Shown here in pieces: positions 26,000 to 37,864 of a stretch of 64,000 bases of DNA (positions are counted from its first letter, which is position 1; the number at the start of each line of letters is the position of its first letter). The notes below the pieces were generated by a model. It was not told where the DNA came from and searched no databases. It saw only the letters and a program-made list of their open reading frames with translations. Both the position numbers and the translations under genes were made by a program. Source of the stretch: Fimbriosthenelais zetlandica (lineage: Eukaryota); assembly GCA_977030845.1 (NCBI GenBank), contig OZ365113.1, forward strand, positions 19,716,001 through 19,780,000, in the 5' to 3' direction.

Positions 26000-28900
26000 C
26001 ATGACGTTCCCGCCACAAACTATAGGAATCCAATGGAGCTGCTGCAATCAGTGGCCAATGCTATCACGCTTACCTTGGACTAATTACCAAAAATCAGCTT
26101 CCAATCTCTTCATCAGGAGCCATCATGGTCACTCTTAGTTCTTTTGAGGAGATAGACACAAACAATACACTGCTGTATTTGACCTTTCAAATATGTAGAG
26201 AACTTAAACAAGCGTTTCTTGTCCGTGGCGCAATTAATGATATTACTTAGAAATTTGTTTCAGAGGCCTTTGTCTTCACCAAGTGCCTTTGGTACATGGA
26301 TAAAATAGCTAGTATTCAGCTAAATAAAACCATGTGTTCCAAAATATGGGACCTCTAATAAGTTATATATTATGTGGCATGAAGTATAAAGCAGGAGGTT
26401 TTTCCTAGACCCCCATAGTGAAAACATCCATCGCTTTGACATGAACTTATGTCAGATGTGTAGTCTCTGAATGTGTGGTCCAAGCCTACAGCTGTTTACC
26501 CTACCAAGGTTCAGACACTTTCTCAAGTAACACAAATATTTGTAACAACGACTAAAAGCTAGCTCTCATCCTACCCAAACCTACTCAATGCCACACAATA
26601 CTGTTAACAGTGGCTTCCCATCGTCATACCAGTGGCTTCCGTGGCTAAATCATGCTACAGGGCCATGCAAGTCCTTAGATTGATCAAACCTGTTGTTTCC
26701 CCCACCCCCTGAACCTCTGGGCCAGCACCTGGGAACCCTGCTAGCCCTCCCGGAGAGCAGTCCTTAATGCTTTGCAAAACAAAAAGCAAATCCAAGAGAT
26801 GGAAGTCAGAAATAACACTGCTGACATGTGGTGCCATATGGGAAGGCATGAGGTCTGGCTTCTCTTTTTTGTTACTGCTGTCCTGGACCATCTGTATCTT
26901 TCCAATGCACCAGACGAGGTGCTCTAAGAGAGATTCACTTACTTTATGGATAATTTAATCTCAAATTACAACTGGCATTCTCTAAATACAAAAGGCTTGC
27001 ACATAACCCTTGTTGTATACAAATCTATTATATTAGTTCATAAAAACTAAATAGAATGTCATCAATTTAACAATGTGAAACATTTGGCATTTCAATATTC
27101 GAATATACGAACGAAATAGTCCACCACTCTTCAAGGTTCACATTATATTCCACTGGTCAGTGGAGCCTACAGTATTCAATATCTAGACTTTCAATTTCCT
27201 AGATTGGCTCTGGGCTACAAGTGCATTGGCCTTCAGCTTGTGGAAGAGACTGGAAAGGCAATAGACTGTTTCAGCTGCCATCTTAAAATGGGAGCCAGAA
27301 AGCAATTAGCTAATTGGCCTCCGTATGGTTTTCTAATCATGGCTTTATAATACAGCTGGCTGAGAAGCCACACCAGCGCAGTTGCACATCATGGAAAATA
27401 GTGTCAAATGGAATAGTTCAGACTTTTCCTAGCAGATAATCATAATATATTGTGTTATGGTAAGCATCACAGATTTGAAATGGTAGTAGCATCAAGCCAG
27501 AACACAACAGTCAATTTGTTATAGAACTGTGAAAGTGTTAGAGATGAATGCCAAAACCATGGCTTGTTAAGGTTTTACATCAAGTTCATGGGGTAGGCAT
27601 TGAATGATTTCCAGATTTATTCTGTAAGAGCATTATATAACGGTGTAACAAGTTCAACTGTTGATGTACAATCTGGTGGCTGCTATAACTCTTCTCAACA
27701 TTGCGCAACAATTGATTTTGAGGTTATGTTCAGAGCTCCATGCTCCTAGATGATCAATTTGACCCAATGGAGTACTTAAACCTAATTATGTAACAAAATT
27801 TGTGTAAGATGATGGAAGAAGTACATTTCCCTAGCCTAAATGCTTTACGTGGCACTCTCCAACAACACAATGGGTCTCATTAGCCTGCCAGGAGACGCCT
27901 AATCATTGATGAAGACGTTGACCTATGTCCTTAGCTGATGGCGATGCGCTTGATGTCTGCCATAAATATCACATTTTATTGCATCTCATGATGAACATGG
28001 ACTGCCTACCCAGAAAATGACACCATCCACCTATATCTATAATCAAAATATAGCTCGGAAGCAAATACCGACACATCTTTAGCGTACACTGAAAAAGGGT
28101 TCTGTCATGATTTATTAAAGAGTAGAAATGTATACATGATCTTTTCACCTATTTATCGATCAGAACTGACATCATGCGAACACTCCAAGGTCCAGGCGAT
28201 TGGCATCCATTCATATCAATCACCCTCATACAATTAATGTGCAGCGTGCAGTATTTCCATTGTCTGGCAATCAATGGACGCTCACATTACAGCTGTCAGG
28301 AAAAATAATGAGATCCACAGACACAGTGGTTCAGCATGGCCATCCAAGACAGTAGATTAGACCTGGCTGGGCACCACTGGCTGTATGTGTTCAATAAATG
28401 ATAGGCTGCTTCCTATAAGAAGCGAACGTCTTATCAGAAGTGAATCTTCCTTACGATAATACCATGTAGAGGTCATTGGAGATGATCTATAACAGAGACT
28501 TGCCACGTCAAAGGAAACTTTCGCCCGACCTGTATGCATGCAGTAGCAGGGACTATGCGACACGAGTTGGTGCGACAAGTAATTACCTTGGTAATAACAA
28601 TCAATAATCCAGTCTATTGGGACCTCAGCAGCGTCTCCAGCCATACGACAAGGACATATGACACGGACGGCCAACAAGATGACAAAGGAGCCTGTAGAGG
28701 CAATTTATCTAACTACCAATCTGTGGCGCCACATCTAACAGGGACTCTTCACCCTGGCTTCAAGTTGGACAGATATAGACTGGGTGAGGGAGATATCGTG
28801 CAAATGAAGGATTCTGTCGTATCTCTGAACAAATGCGTGTCAGAATTTTGCTCTAGCTTACTTTTTTGCGAGGAAATAGGGTCAGCTATTGTCGTAGAAA

Positions 28901-30784
28901 GTGACTATTTTTCACAGTCACACTGCACGACATGGAGATCCCTCTGGGGAAATTTCATTATCCAAAGCATCCACCGTGCATATTTTTGTCGACCACTTCA
29001 ATCTATCAGTCACAGCAATCATTTGTCCCCTGTCTATTTTCCTCAGCAACAAAGTCTACCGTCCTCTGCTGGTGACACCGCTGACATGTACTATACATCT
29101 AACGATTATGCTTCATTTTATTACATCAAAGAAAAATGCTCCTTACACAGGGAATAATAATTTTCGTCTGGTGTCTACTGTGGAATGTAGACTCCTTCTT
29201 GCACAAAATTTAAAGGAACTAAGAATGGGGAATCAGAATCTAAGTATCATGTACACCTAGTACGCTTGTCATGAATGCCTAAGTGTTTCCTAGACGTAGT
29301 CTCCAACAGTATACGTCCATACTGATCATCTCATCATCTTTAAATTTACTCTGACGTAGCTTCCTCCCAGGACTGGGCTCCTTGTTCGTTGATATAAGCT
29401 CTGAAAAGCTGCAACCTTGCTCGCCATGTTGGATTCCAATTCCCCTAGCCAAGACACAAGAAAAAAAGGTCCACAGAGCAACCACAAAAAGGATACAGAT
29501 GGGTTTTACACCCTTATTCAATTACCCAAGGAATTCAATAATCAAAAAGAGAAACCTCCGCTTGATTAATTACACAGTAGAGATCCAAGAATATAAAAGA
29601 AGGGGAAAATGTGCTCGGAGATATGCAAGGACAAGCTCAGCACAGGCAACTGCCTTATCAATAAAGCTTAATTCGTTATAATTGCACATTTCTATTAAGC
29701 TTGACAAGAGAAAGGAGGTCCAGGCTTCCAGTTTGGCGATAGCAGCTCATTTTTGCTAATTGAGTAAGCAAGCTACTTTCATTACTGCAGGACGACTGGT
29801 GCCAGGACTGGAGGAAGTTAATTACAGGGGATGCAGCAGAATGGAACCTATAGATACTATGCAAGACTCACACACCCTTACAACTTAATGCTACACTTCC
29901 TGTCTGAGATTTATAATGAGGACATCAAAAAGGCAGAGATTCTCTCTTGTACCTACAAGAACCAGGACCACCCGAGTTAAGTATGATCACAAAAGAAAGG
30001 GCTGTTGAATAACATGAGTGAAGGAATTCCATCGAAAGATGAGCACCACCACAAGCGAAAGAAAGTGGAAAGAGCGAAAATTAGACCTCGGGGTATGCCT
30101 ACAGGATGTGCAACAAGACCGGGTGCTTCGACTGAAACTTGATAGCGAGGCAATGAATGAAGGTCCACTGGGAATCCAGGCTTCTCACATGAACTCACTT
30201 TAGGCAAACCTTGATTGTCTTTGGGAAATAAAGAGGATGGATGAACATCTAAAACTGCCTTTAATTCTACCCGGCAAATCCTTTCGGAGGCTATATATCC
30301 CTTCACAATTACCTGCAACAGTGACTGTATACAATAGCAAAGATTATTCACCCACATAAATATGTACACAAGTATTTTTCTCGCTTATTTCAGTTCGCAA
30401 ATTTTAGCAGCTGTTTATGCTGCTGCACGATGGCTCTCCGTAAAGCATTTCTTTAGTGCACGCATGCAGAACATCGGTATGAAGGACATCAAAGGAAGAG
30501 GAAATAACCACAAACAATAGAATAGCCTCGACCTATTGAGGTCATTCGGGGAAATCCGATACATGTGAAATCATCTGCTTTCATTGAGAAAATCCACCAG
30601 TGTAGATAGAGAATCTTCTCCATGTGGGTGGTTGTGATAACGGCAGTAAATCATGGCCTTCCTCCGGTATAAGACAGGACTAAATGCTGGCCAAGCACGG
30701 CTGAATCAGAATGGAGAAAGACGCAGACTTAATGAGGACTTACTGCTCTGAACGGGGAAGTTCTACATCATCATCTTTATCCAT
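26000..30784 (-). pseudogene. Family-B DNA polymerase pseudogene (viral type)
   Basis: In order on minus: possible start MDKDDDVELP (30784); ExoIII-like DVYCW-D (~29317-29299); YQG...KVSFDVASL (28521-28495) then frameshifted IISNDL (28486-28469) = motif A; HFKMAAETVYCL (~27290-27255) = motif B (K..AN..YG); LTVLCG-IE*VWV (~26607-26572) = decayed YGDTDSV motif C; RTRNAC (~26220) resembles region V. End approximate. Confidence 0.72.
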
Positions 30785-33635
30785 TATATTCTCTCCACAT
30801 TCTGGTATTTAACAAGCCGATTGTGTCAACCGTAAACAACCTTGGTCATGACAATGCAAACTATGCTTTCCGTTAATTGGTCGTAAGTGAATAAAAGTTA
30901 AAGACTCAAACATATTTTGCATTTAACTCTCTACTCACAATACAACCTTCATTGTTGAATTCAGGACTTGAGCATTGAAGTGTATACATTATAATGTACA
31001 CCAGTACAAGGAGGGTTGTACAATACTTAACACAACACCCAGATTTCACTAGGATTTCGATCTTTACCGAACCAACACCCTCCCCTCTTCCTGCCTGGGG
31101 CTAGAAATATTGATTCTTCAAGAGTAAATAGGCCGTATGGACCTAAAAACATAGACAAAAACCTGAGTCTACAACCTAATGAAAGACACATCCCTTCTAA
31201 TGAGCCTGTATTGATTTCTTCTCCCTCCATGTTCACACTCTTCTGCGCAGAGCCTCGTCTTTTCCAAACAACACTAGGCGATTCGATGGCACAATTAAAA
31301 CTTTGCAATGGAGATTCTTCCAGTCCGTTGCAGTTCTTGAGCTGATGTGAGCGACTCCCTTTTGGGAGCCTAGCAAAGCTTGCCAGTCTCTTGACAGTTA
31401 TTATTTTGCCGGGCCTCAAGCAAGATTCCATCGTGTATGGTGTGTATCGATGGAACACATCCAGAACCAGCAGTGGCTTGGTTGTACGGAATATCATAAA
31501 TGAGGCAGATACGAACAAGACTGAGATGCCCAACAGGAATTCATCAGTGTTCCTATCTTGTCTACCAAAGATCTTAAAACATAAATCACCATTATCGCCA
31601 CCAAAGCTATCTGCCTTGGTCTTTATATTTAAACTGCTAATGGGTCAGTGGAGTCAAATGTAACAATTAGCTCTTCAAATCTATCAAGGAATATATTGCG
31701 GCTAATGGATAATGGGTACATATCTACAGAATCATTTTTTAGCCTCTGTTTAGACGTATATATCCAATAGAGTGGAGACAGAGTGGTTTTTTTTTCGGAA
31801 AACTCAGTCATGCCTTATCATACATTGGCTTTTGTTTTTTTTTCAAGTGATAGTTAACTAAAAAGTGTAATCCATCTCGTAGTTCTTTTTTACTGTAACA
31901 AGGATGGATGATAAACTGGTGGGAAAAACAAGGATTGGATAAAATTCACACATCATGAATCATACCACCCAATTATCAAATGGCAAGCTCCACACAATGA
32001 AACTAAAAACGTCCGTACAGTATAGAATGATTGTAGATCTCTACAAACATTTTTTTCTTCGAAATGATTTAGAGGAGATGACGATAGATTATGATGAATA
32101 CAATATGTCAATCTCAATCAGCTCATTTAACTGAGGTTTCAGGACTTCAGGTCATATCTATGGCAGGTTTAAAAACAGCCAAGAATAGTGAGCCAGCCTT
32201 CCATGTCTCGAGTCCGCCACTTTTTGCAAAGTGATTCCTGAAGACGTGGAAATGTACGACACCAACCTCCACACTCTACTTCATCCCCCGAGGGGCTGAG
32301 AAAAATGTGAATGAGCACTTGCCTTTTTCCCTTCCTTGCTATCAGCTGGCAATCAATGAGTCGCCGAAGGCAGCAATAAGTGAGGAGACAGAAAGCGAAC
32401 TTGTTTTCTTCACTTAGTTTCCCATTATCAGCAATGAAACCACAACGAGGAACACTTGGAGGATAATGACAATTTACACTCAGTCTCCTCCAACTTAGTT
32501 CTCTAAGATTCCTACAGACAAATACCATTCACTGGGGCTGAGAACACCGCATGGAGATGCCAACTGGAACCTTCTTTGTTATCTCAACAATGCAAGTCAA
32601 CCAATGAATGGCAAACTTTTGCCTGGGAATAATGAGCTTATATCATAAATCGCCCGACATAATGGACGTCAGAGATGATTTTTATGACCAGTGTGCTTCA
32701 AATACAGCTCTTTCCTCACAGTGATATGATTTCATTTGACAATCCTGATATTTTAATGTAATTCTGATAAAGTCAATAACTTTCACTGCCTCAGAAAGAT
32801 AAAGCAGATAAGCTATTGCCCTATATAGCGGTACACTGCAAACACATATTCAGAATGATATAGTTTAACTTGTATTCCTGGCAGATTTATTGTAGATCAA
32901 TAAAGATCGTCATTGTCGAACAGAGGCATGCAGGAAATGTCCCTATGTCATTATACTGTTTAAGTCCATGTTTTAATCTGCCTTGAATTAAGAAGACGTA
33001 TAGGTTGTATGGTAGCGCTAAGCGGGGTCCGGGCGGGGATTATAAGCACAGTGAACATCTGTTAGTATGATGTACACCTCACTTACTAACACCTGGTGGT
33101 TGCCTTAGTTACATAGATCCTCCTCTGGCTGTAATATGGCAGAGACTGTGTATGAGGGATTCACGATCTCCATGACAACCACTGGTATAGGCTTCACCTA
33201 CAGCCAGGCTCCGGACCCTATAGTCTCTGACGAGCTCAGATTTATGAAGAGATATAGGACAGGAGATGGATGGAGAATATATAACCCATTGATCGTATGT
33301 TTGAGATCAAATTTAAGTGGCCTGCAACCATGGCTTTTATCTGATATAGTTGCTATGGCCGTGTCATTCGAGGCATTTGGAGTAATTGTTGTTGTTAATG
33401 AACTGGGTCGGTACAGCACATGTTGAACAGCTGCAGCTTTCAACTTTAAGATGCAATACTACAGTTTAGTCTGCATTCTGCATGGCGGACTTGTTTCAGC
33501 TTGGTGGTTGGATTTCAATTAACTAAAAAAAATGCACAGAAAAATATCAATTTTCCTTTAATTAGATAAAAACGAAAGGTCAGTTACGGAGTGGTGATCT
33601 TAACAAAAATGTTAACGGAAAATATTGAAGGAAAG

Positions 33636-33902
33636 ATTGGCCCTCAATGTGAGCATTATTGTGAGTATTCCTACAAAATGTCACTATACGTGAAATATAA
33701 TATAGATAGGGCTGTTAATTCTGGCCAGGACAATATTATGACTACCTCCAGAAACAATCAGAGGCCAATTAGCGAGCAAGCGGGTCTAAATCGACAGGTA
33801 ATGGAGGAGCCAATCAGTCGTAAAATATCATAAGTCAGAGAAATTGGCGAGCTAACTCGTCACCAATTCCAAGCCATATGCACCATTCTGGCTTGAAATT
33901 GG
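33636..33902. promoter_or_regulatory. Cluster of six CCAAT/ATTGG boxes with a TATA-like element
   Basis: ATTGG 33636, CCAAT 33765, CCAAT 33810, ATTGG 33843, CCAAT 33863, ATTGG 33898; tataatata 33696-33704. Confidence 0.45.
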
Positions 33903-34222
33903 GAGGAAATCAGACTGGTCTTTATCTTCGGACTCTTGGTCCTGTCTAAATCAGGGTCCAACTCGTGACCGTCCTTTGTCTCCACCCATCCATTCCACTA
34001 CACTGGCCACCCAGGGACTATTTTCTAGATACAGCCCAGCGCCGGAACTAATTCTTCTGTCAGCCAATGAACGTCCAGCAGTGAGCTGTGTCTGCGTCTC
34101 TCCGGGCCCAGGGCAATATCGTAAGTTTTTAAGGTGCCTTCAGATCAAGCTACCATTTACTCTTGATAACAGGAAATAGCATCACTGAATGTTTTCTTAA
34201 TTTCAGGTCTCGTCTCCGCCAT
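33840..34222 (-). pseudogene. Decayed ORF starting MAETRPEIKKTF
   Basis: acaATGGCG start at 34222; protein-like frame with isolated stops (CYQE*MVA*SEGTLKTYDIALGPERR...). End approximate. Confidence 0.4.
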
Positions 34223-36060
34223 TGTGTTTCATATTCAATGTCAGAAAATGGGACGGCCCAGGGTGTCTTTTTACAATGCTCCTCCTCCAGGGAGTAAACT
34301 GGCTTAAACATCCATTTTAAACTTTCTTTCCAAGACCTTGAGGGAAATACAAGGCAGGCGGGGACAGGCGTTTCTCAGTGGATGATCGATTACAGATGCA
34401 CAATACTGAGACACCCAAGGGTACAGCGCAGGAGGGAAGAGTTTGCCCATGGAAAGCGACACCATGGGTGAGGGAAGACATGCAGCGTAACTTGATAGGA
34501 CACTACGTCCCGGTTTTCTGGCCAGTACTTCAACATCCAGTGGGTTAAGTCAATGCTGATTCTGGCAATGTCAGAGAGATGCTCCCTCGGCGGACGAACA
34601 CACCACCGTGCGGGAGTGGTATGGTGTACATGTCAATTACTACACAAGACACTCCTATTGGCCGAGGCTCTGATAAGCCTGTCATGGGCTTCTTGATCCT
34701 ACCATTGGGATTCTCCCAATTTGATCACGTTGTCAACATCTAGAAGGAACTTTCCTTAGCCAGTGCAGGATGACCTAGAAATATTGTTTCGGGACATAGA
34801 AGACTTCGTAAGATTATGCATCACGTTTTTCCATGGCCACAGTGGAAACAAGGGTAGTGAACATCGGATGTTCAATAAATTGTGAACTGTGCAGGTAAAA
34901 ATGGCATGGGAACTAATAACCCATGTAAAAATCCACTCTGCTTCCATTTGCTGAGTATTGGGCATCAAGTGCCAACAAAATCAGGATTCAATACTTTCTG
35001 AAAATGCCTCCATCAGGTTTTGGCTCAGCCCTCTGTTATTTGAGGAAGACCTCCTCAAGATCAAAAGCATTAAAATGGCAGTGCCGGAAAGCATTCATTA
35101 TGAGGCTGGCCGCCACTTTTCGCAATGCAGTGAAAAAAGATGTGCTTAATGAGCAGTGATGATATCAATCTTAGTTTTTCTTCTCTGACCATAATTGGGC
35201 CGAGAGCAAAGTGTGTGACAGCATCATGGACATCTGCGTCTTGTCCTGGGATGGATGAGCAGCCTGAATACCTGAATACAAGTTTATGAAATCCAGTTAT
35301 GGTGGCCATAGGATAGGGGATTGATGTTGATAACTGCTTCTATGGTCAACTGCTGCTAGTAGAACAGCTATAGGTAATTAACATTAGGACTGATCAACGG
35401 ATGTTTGCCTTGCCCACACTGCCTCTATCCCTGGCAAAGGTAATGATGACAAATGACCAGAAGGTGATTAATAATGATTATCTATAATGAATTAGGCTTG
35501 GCTAAGCGTAGAGCAGTGGTGAAATATTGACAGCGGTGATATTATTGGGAAGTAATGGGAAGTTAGTGCTGGGCCCACCTACTTGTCATCAGGGACAGTG
35601 AGGAGGCATTATCCCAGCCTGGGCGGATGAACTTCTGCCTGACTGATCAACATGACTCAGGCGAACACGCCCCATTGGGAAAGCTTCTATTAGAGATTGG
35701 GCAGATGAAGGGAAAAGAAAGCCGAAACCAATATCCTTTATGTCTGTACTATTCCTGTTGGATCAGGTGCACTATTCTTGTGCAAAGTTAATGTGAGGCT
35801 CAATTCACGCCTGTTTATTGAATAGGTTGTCCAGATGAGTAACTCCCAAGGCTGGCAGGCTCAATAAGAAAAACCAAAGCTACCTGCATCAGTTAATCTT
35901 TTGTTAATAGGCCCCTCGCAACGTTCCGAGAAGCAATGCTAGTAATGAGAAGGCTGCAAAAGTGCGAGCATATGCTTCCGATAATCATAGGAAATGAGGG
36001 GCTTCTTACGTTGGGCACCTAAATAGGTTCAGGTACAAGTTCATGTTACCGACCCAGAAA

Positions 36061-36142
36061 AGGTCAGGTACTAAAAAGACTACAGTCTCTAGAGATCAGA
36101 AGCCCATTGACCTTTGACCTAGGGTCATGACCCGGAAGGTCA
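36061..36142. promoter_or_regulatory. Cluster of nuclear-receptor half-sites (DR1 and IR0 arrangements)
   Basis: AGGTCA 36061; TGACCT-T-TGACCT 36108-36120; GGGTCA-TGACCC 36122-36133; AGGTCA 36137-36142. Confidence 0.4.
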
Positions 36143-37864
36143 GGCCGTGATATGATTTATGACACCTCACACTAGGAGAGGAAGGCTAATGCAGATGGGC
36201 TGTCAGGACCACTACCTGGAAAACCCAATAAGACATTAATAAATACAGAGGAAAGCCATTACACATATCACCGGGCAAATACCCAGCAAAGGCGGATTCT
36301 GCTACATATAACCGTCTACTAATACTAGCTACATGTAGTGAAGCAGGATTTGGGCAGCAGTTTTGAGGATTTATCCAGTTCAAGTTAGAAGGGAAGACTG
36401 AGACCTCACATCACAGAGTAATGAGAAAAGAACACAGCAGTGAGCAAATATAACGATGAGCAACCATACTGCAGGTTCGAAATGCAGAAAGATGGCCCTG
36501 CACTTTTAGGGGATTTTTAGCCTCAGCCTACTTTCTGCCCTTAACATCATTCAAGCTTTCCAGCCCATTGTGTATTTAGCCCAAGTCAAACTTCAAATGG
36601 CCTGGGGAGAAGCAATTAAGGGGAAATGTCTTTTTTCTGTCAACGGAACAGATGTGCACCTGGAACTGAAAAACCAATTCCTTCTCCTGTTTCCACAGCC
36701 CTTTCCCGGGTGCCTTGTAAGGTGGATTTCGGGCAGCTGCAGCGGCCCATCTTTAAACATGTAAGTTTGCTCAAGCCATTGCCTCAGCTGCCTCCCGCCA
36801 TGGCCAAAGGTCTGTAACAACCGGGGCCATCTGGTCGTCTGCCCACATCTCCCGGGCGCCATTTTTGTTTTTCATTCCATCCTCGTTAGAGGGCGATACT
36901 CTTTACCAGTGACGTCAGAGGGCCTCATCAAGGACCACCCGAAGAAAATTGACTGTGCGCTGTTAACTTAGGATACAGATAGGAAATATTGACCAAGTCA
37001 CATTGGTATATCTTCATAAATGTCACTCTGTAGTAAGCAGCATAGGTCCATCCTCTCAGTGGAGGATCGATCATGCACTATTTGAACACAGTCTTCGTTA
37101 AATCTGAAATTGAAAGGTTCGCTGGTGCATCGATTAAGAAATTAAGGGCCCTTTCAAATCTTACATCTTAAGTCTTCAAAAAGGTGATAAGAAACAGGTT
37201 CAGCTGAACCGGGGTGTTCCCTTTGATTGAAAGGATGAACATCGACAGTTTTATTTTAACAAAGGCATTCATCTTCACACTGCACGCACCTATTGAGGAG
37301 ATTTCCTTATTCTAAATCCAACCAAGTATAATGAACTTACTTGCCAATATAGGATCAATACAAGACCAATCACTCACCTGAAACAAAAGAAATCAACACA
37401 TGAGTAATCAATACATTTATATGTACTCCACAGTAGTGAAAAGCATGAAGGGATCTACAACTAGCAATTCTTAGCAACGTAGTCAAAGCCACATTTTCTT
37501 GGCCTTAATCACCATGCAGGAACCCTCCAATTTAGGCAGCAGGGCCCAGGTTGCTGCCACAGCCTTTCATTGTTGTATGGACTTCGATCCCTGGGCCGTT
37601 TGTCGATGGCCCGCTATAGCTGCTCTGCCAGGCGAGCAGCTCATGGGTGACCTGGATCTAGGTGCCTGACCTCGGTATTTAACAAGGCACTCACTGAGGC
37701 TAGATGGGGGACTTGGATGAGTACGCCCCACCTTGGAGGAGCCTGACCCCCTGGTCCTGCTCCCTCCTCATTACTGCTACATTCCCCAGTATAGGAAGAG
37801 CAGCAGTTGGGCTAGGTTTACGGATTGCCTGACTGGAGCAGGCAGATTATTACTAATCACCACC

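Noticed and set aside
26887-26910. VHWKDTDG, and nearby YGTT...SVI at ~26840, as PolB motif C
   Set aside because: Possible, but the segment at ~26572-26607 aligns better with VLYGDTDSV. These remain alternatives only.
28534-29157. Longest ORF in the track (207 aa, plus strand), containing TYDTDG
   Set aside because: It lies antisense to the PolB gene, between the ExoIII-like motif and motif A. TYDTDG lacks YGDTDS spacing and is on the wrong strand.
30985-30998. AT-rich palindrome TACATTATAATGTA upstream of the polymerase, suggestive of an oriL position
   Set aside because: Only 14 bp. Several palindromes of this length are expected by chance in 64 kb of AT-rich DNA.
31027-31533. 168-aa minus ORF (RPGKII; KVLIVPSNR in another frame) as a helicase
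   Set aside because: No complete Walker A or B. Probably part of a decayed viral gene, but the family cannot be assigned.
33591-33833. IEGKIG ... EEPI as a thymidine/deoxynucleoside kinase
   Set aside because: No GKS/T after the P-loop start, the spacing is wrong, and it overlaps the CCAAT cluster.
34690-34850. HCGHGKT ... DQEAH ... SAN as an SF2 helicase
   Set aside because: Motif spacings (~48 and ~9 aa) are far too short for SF2 motifs I-II-III.
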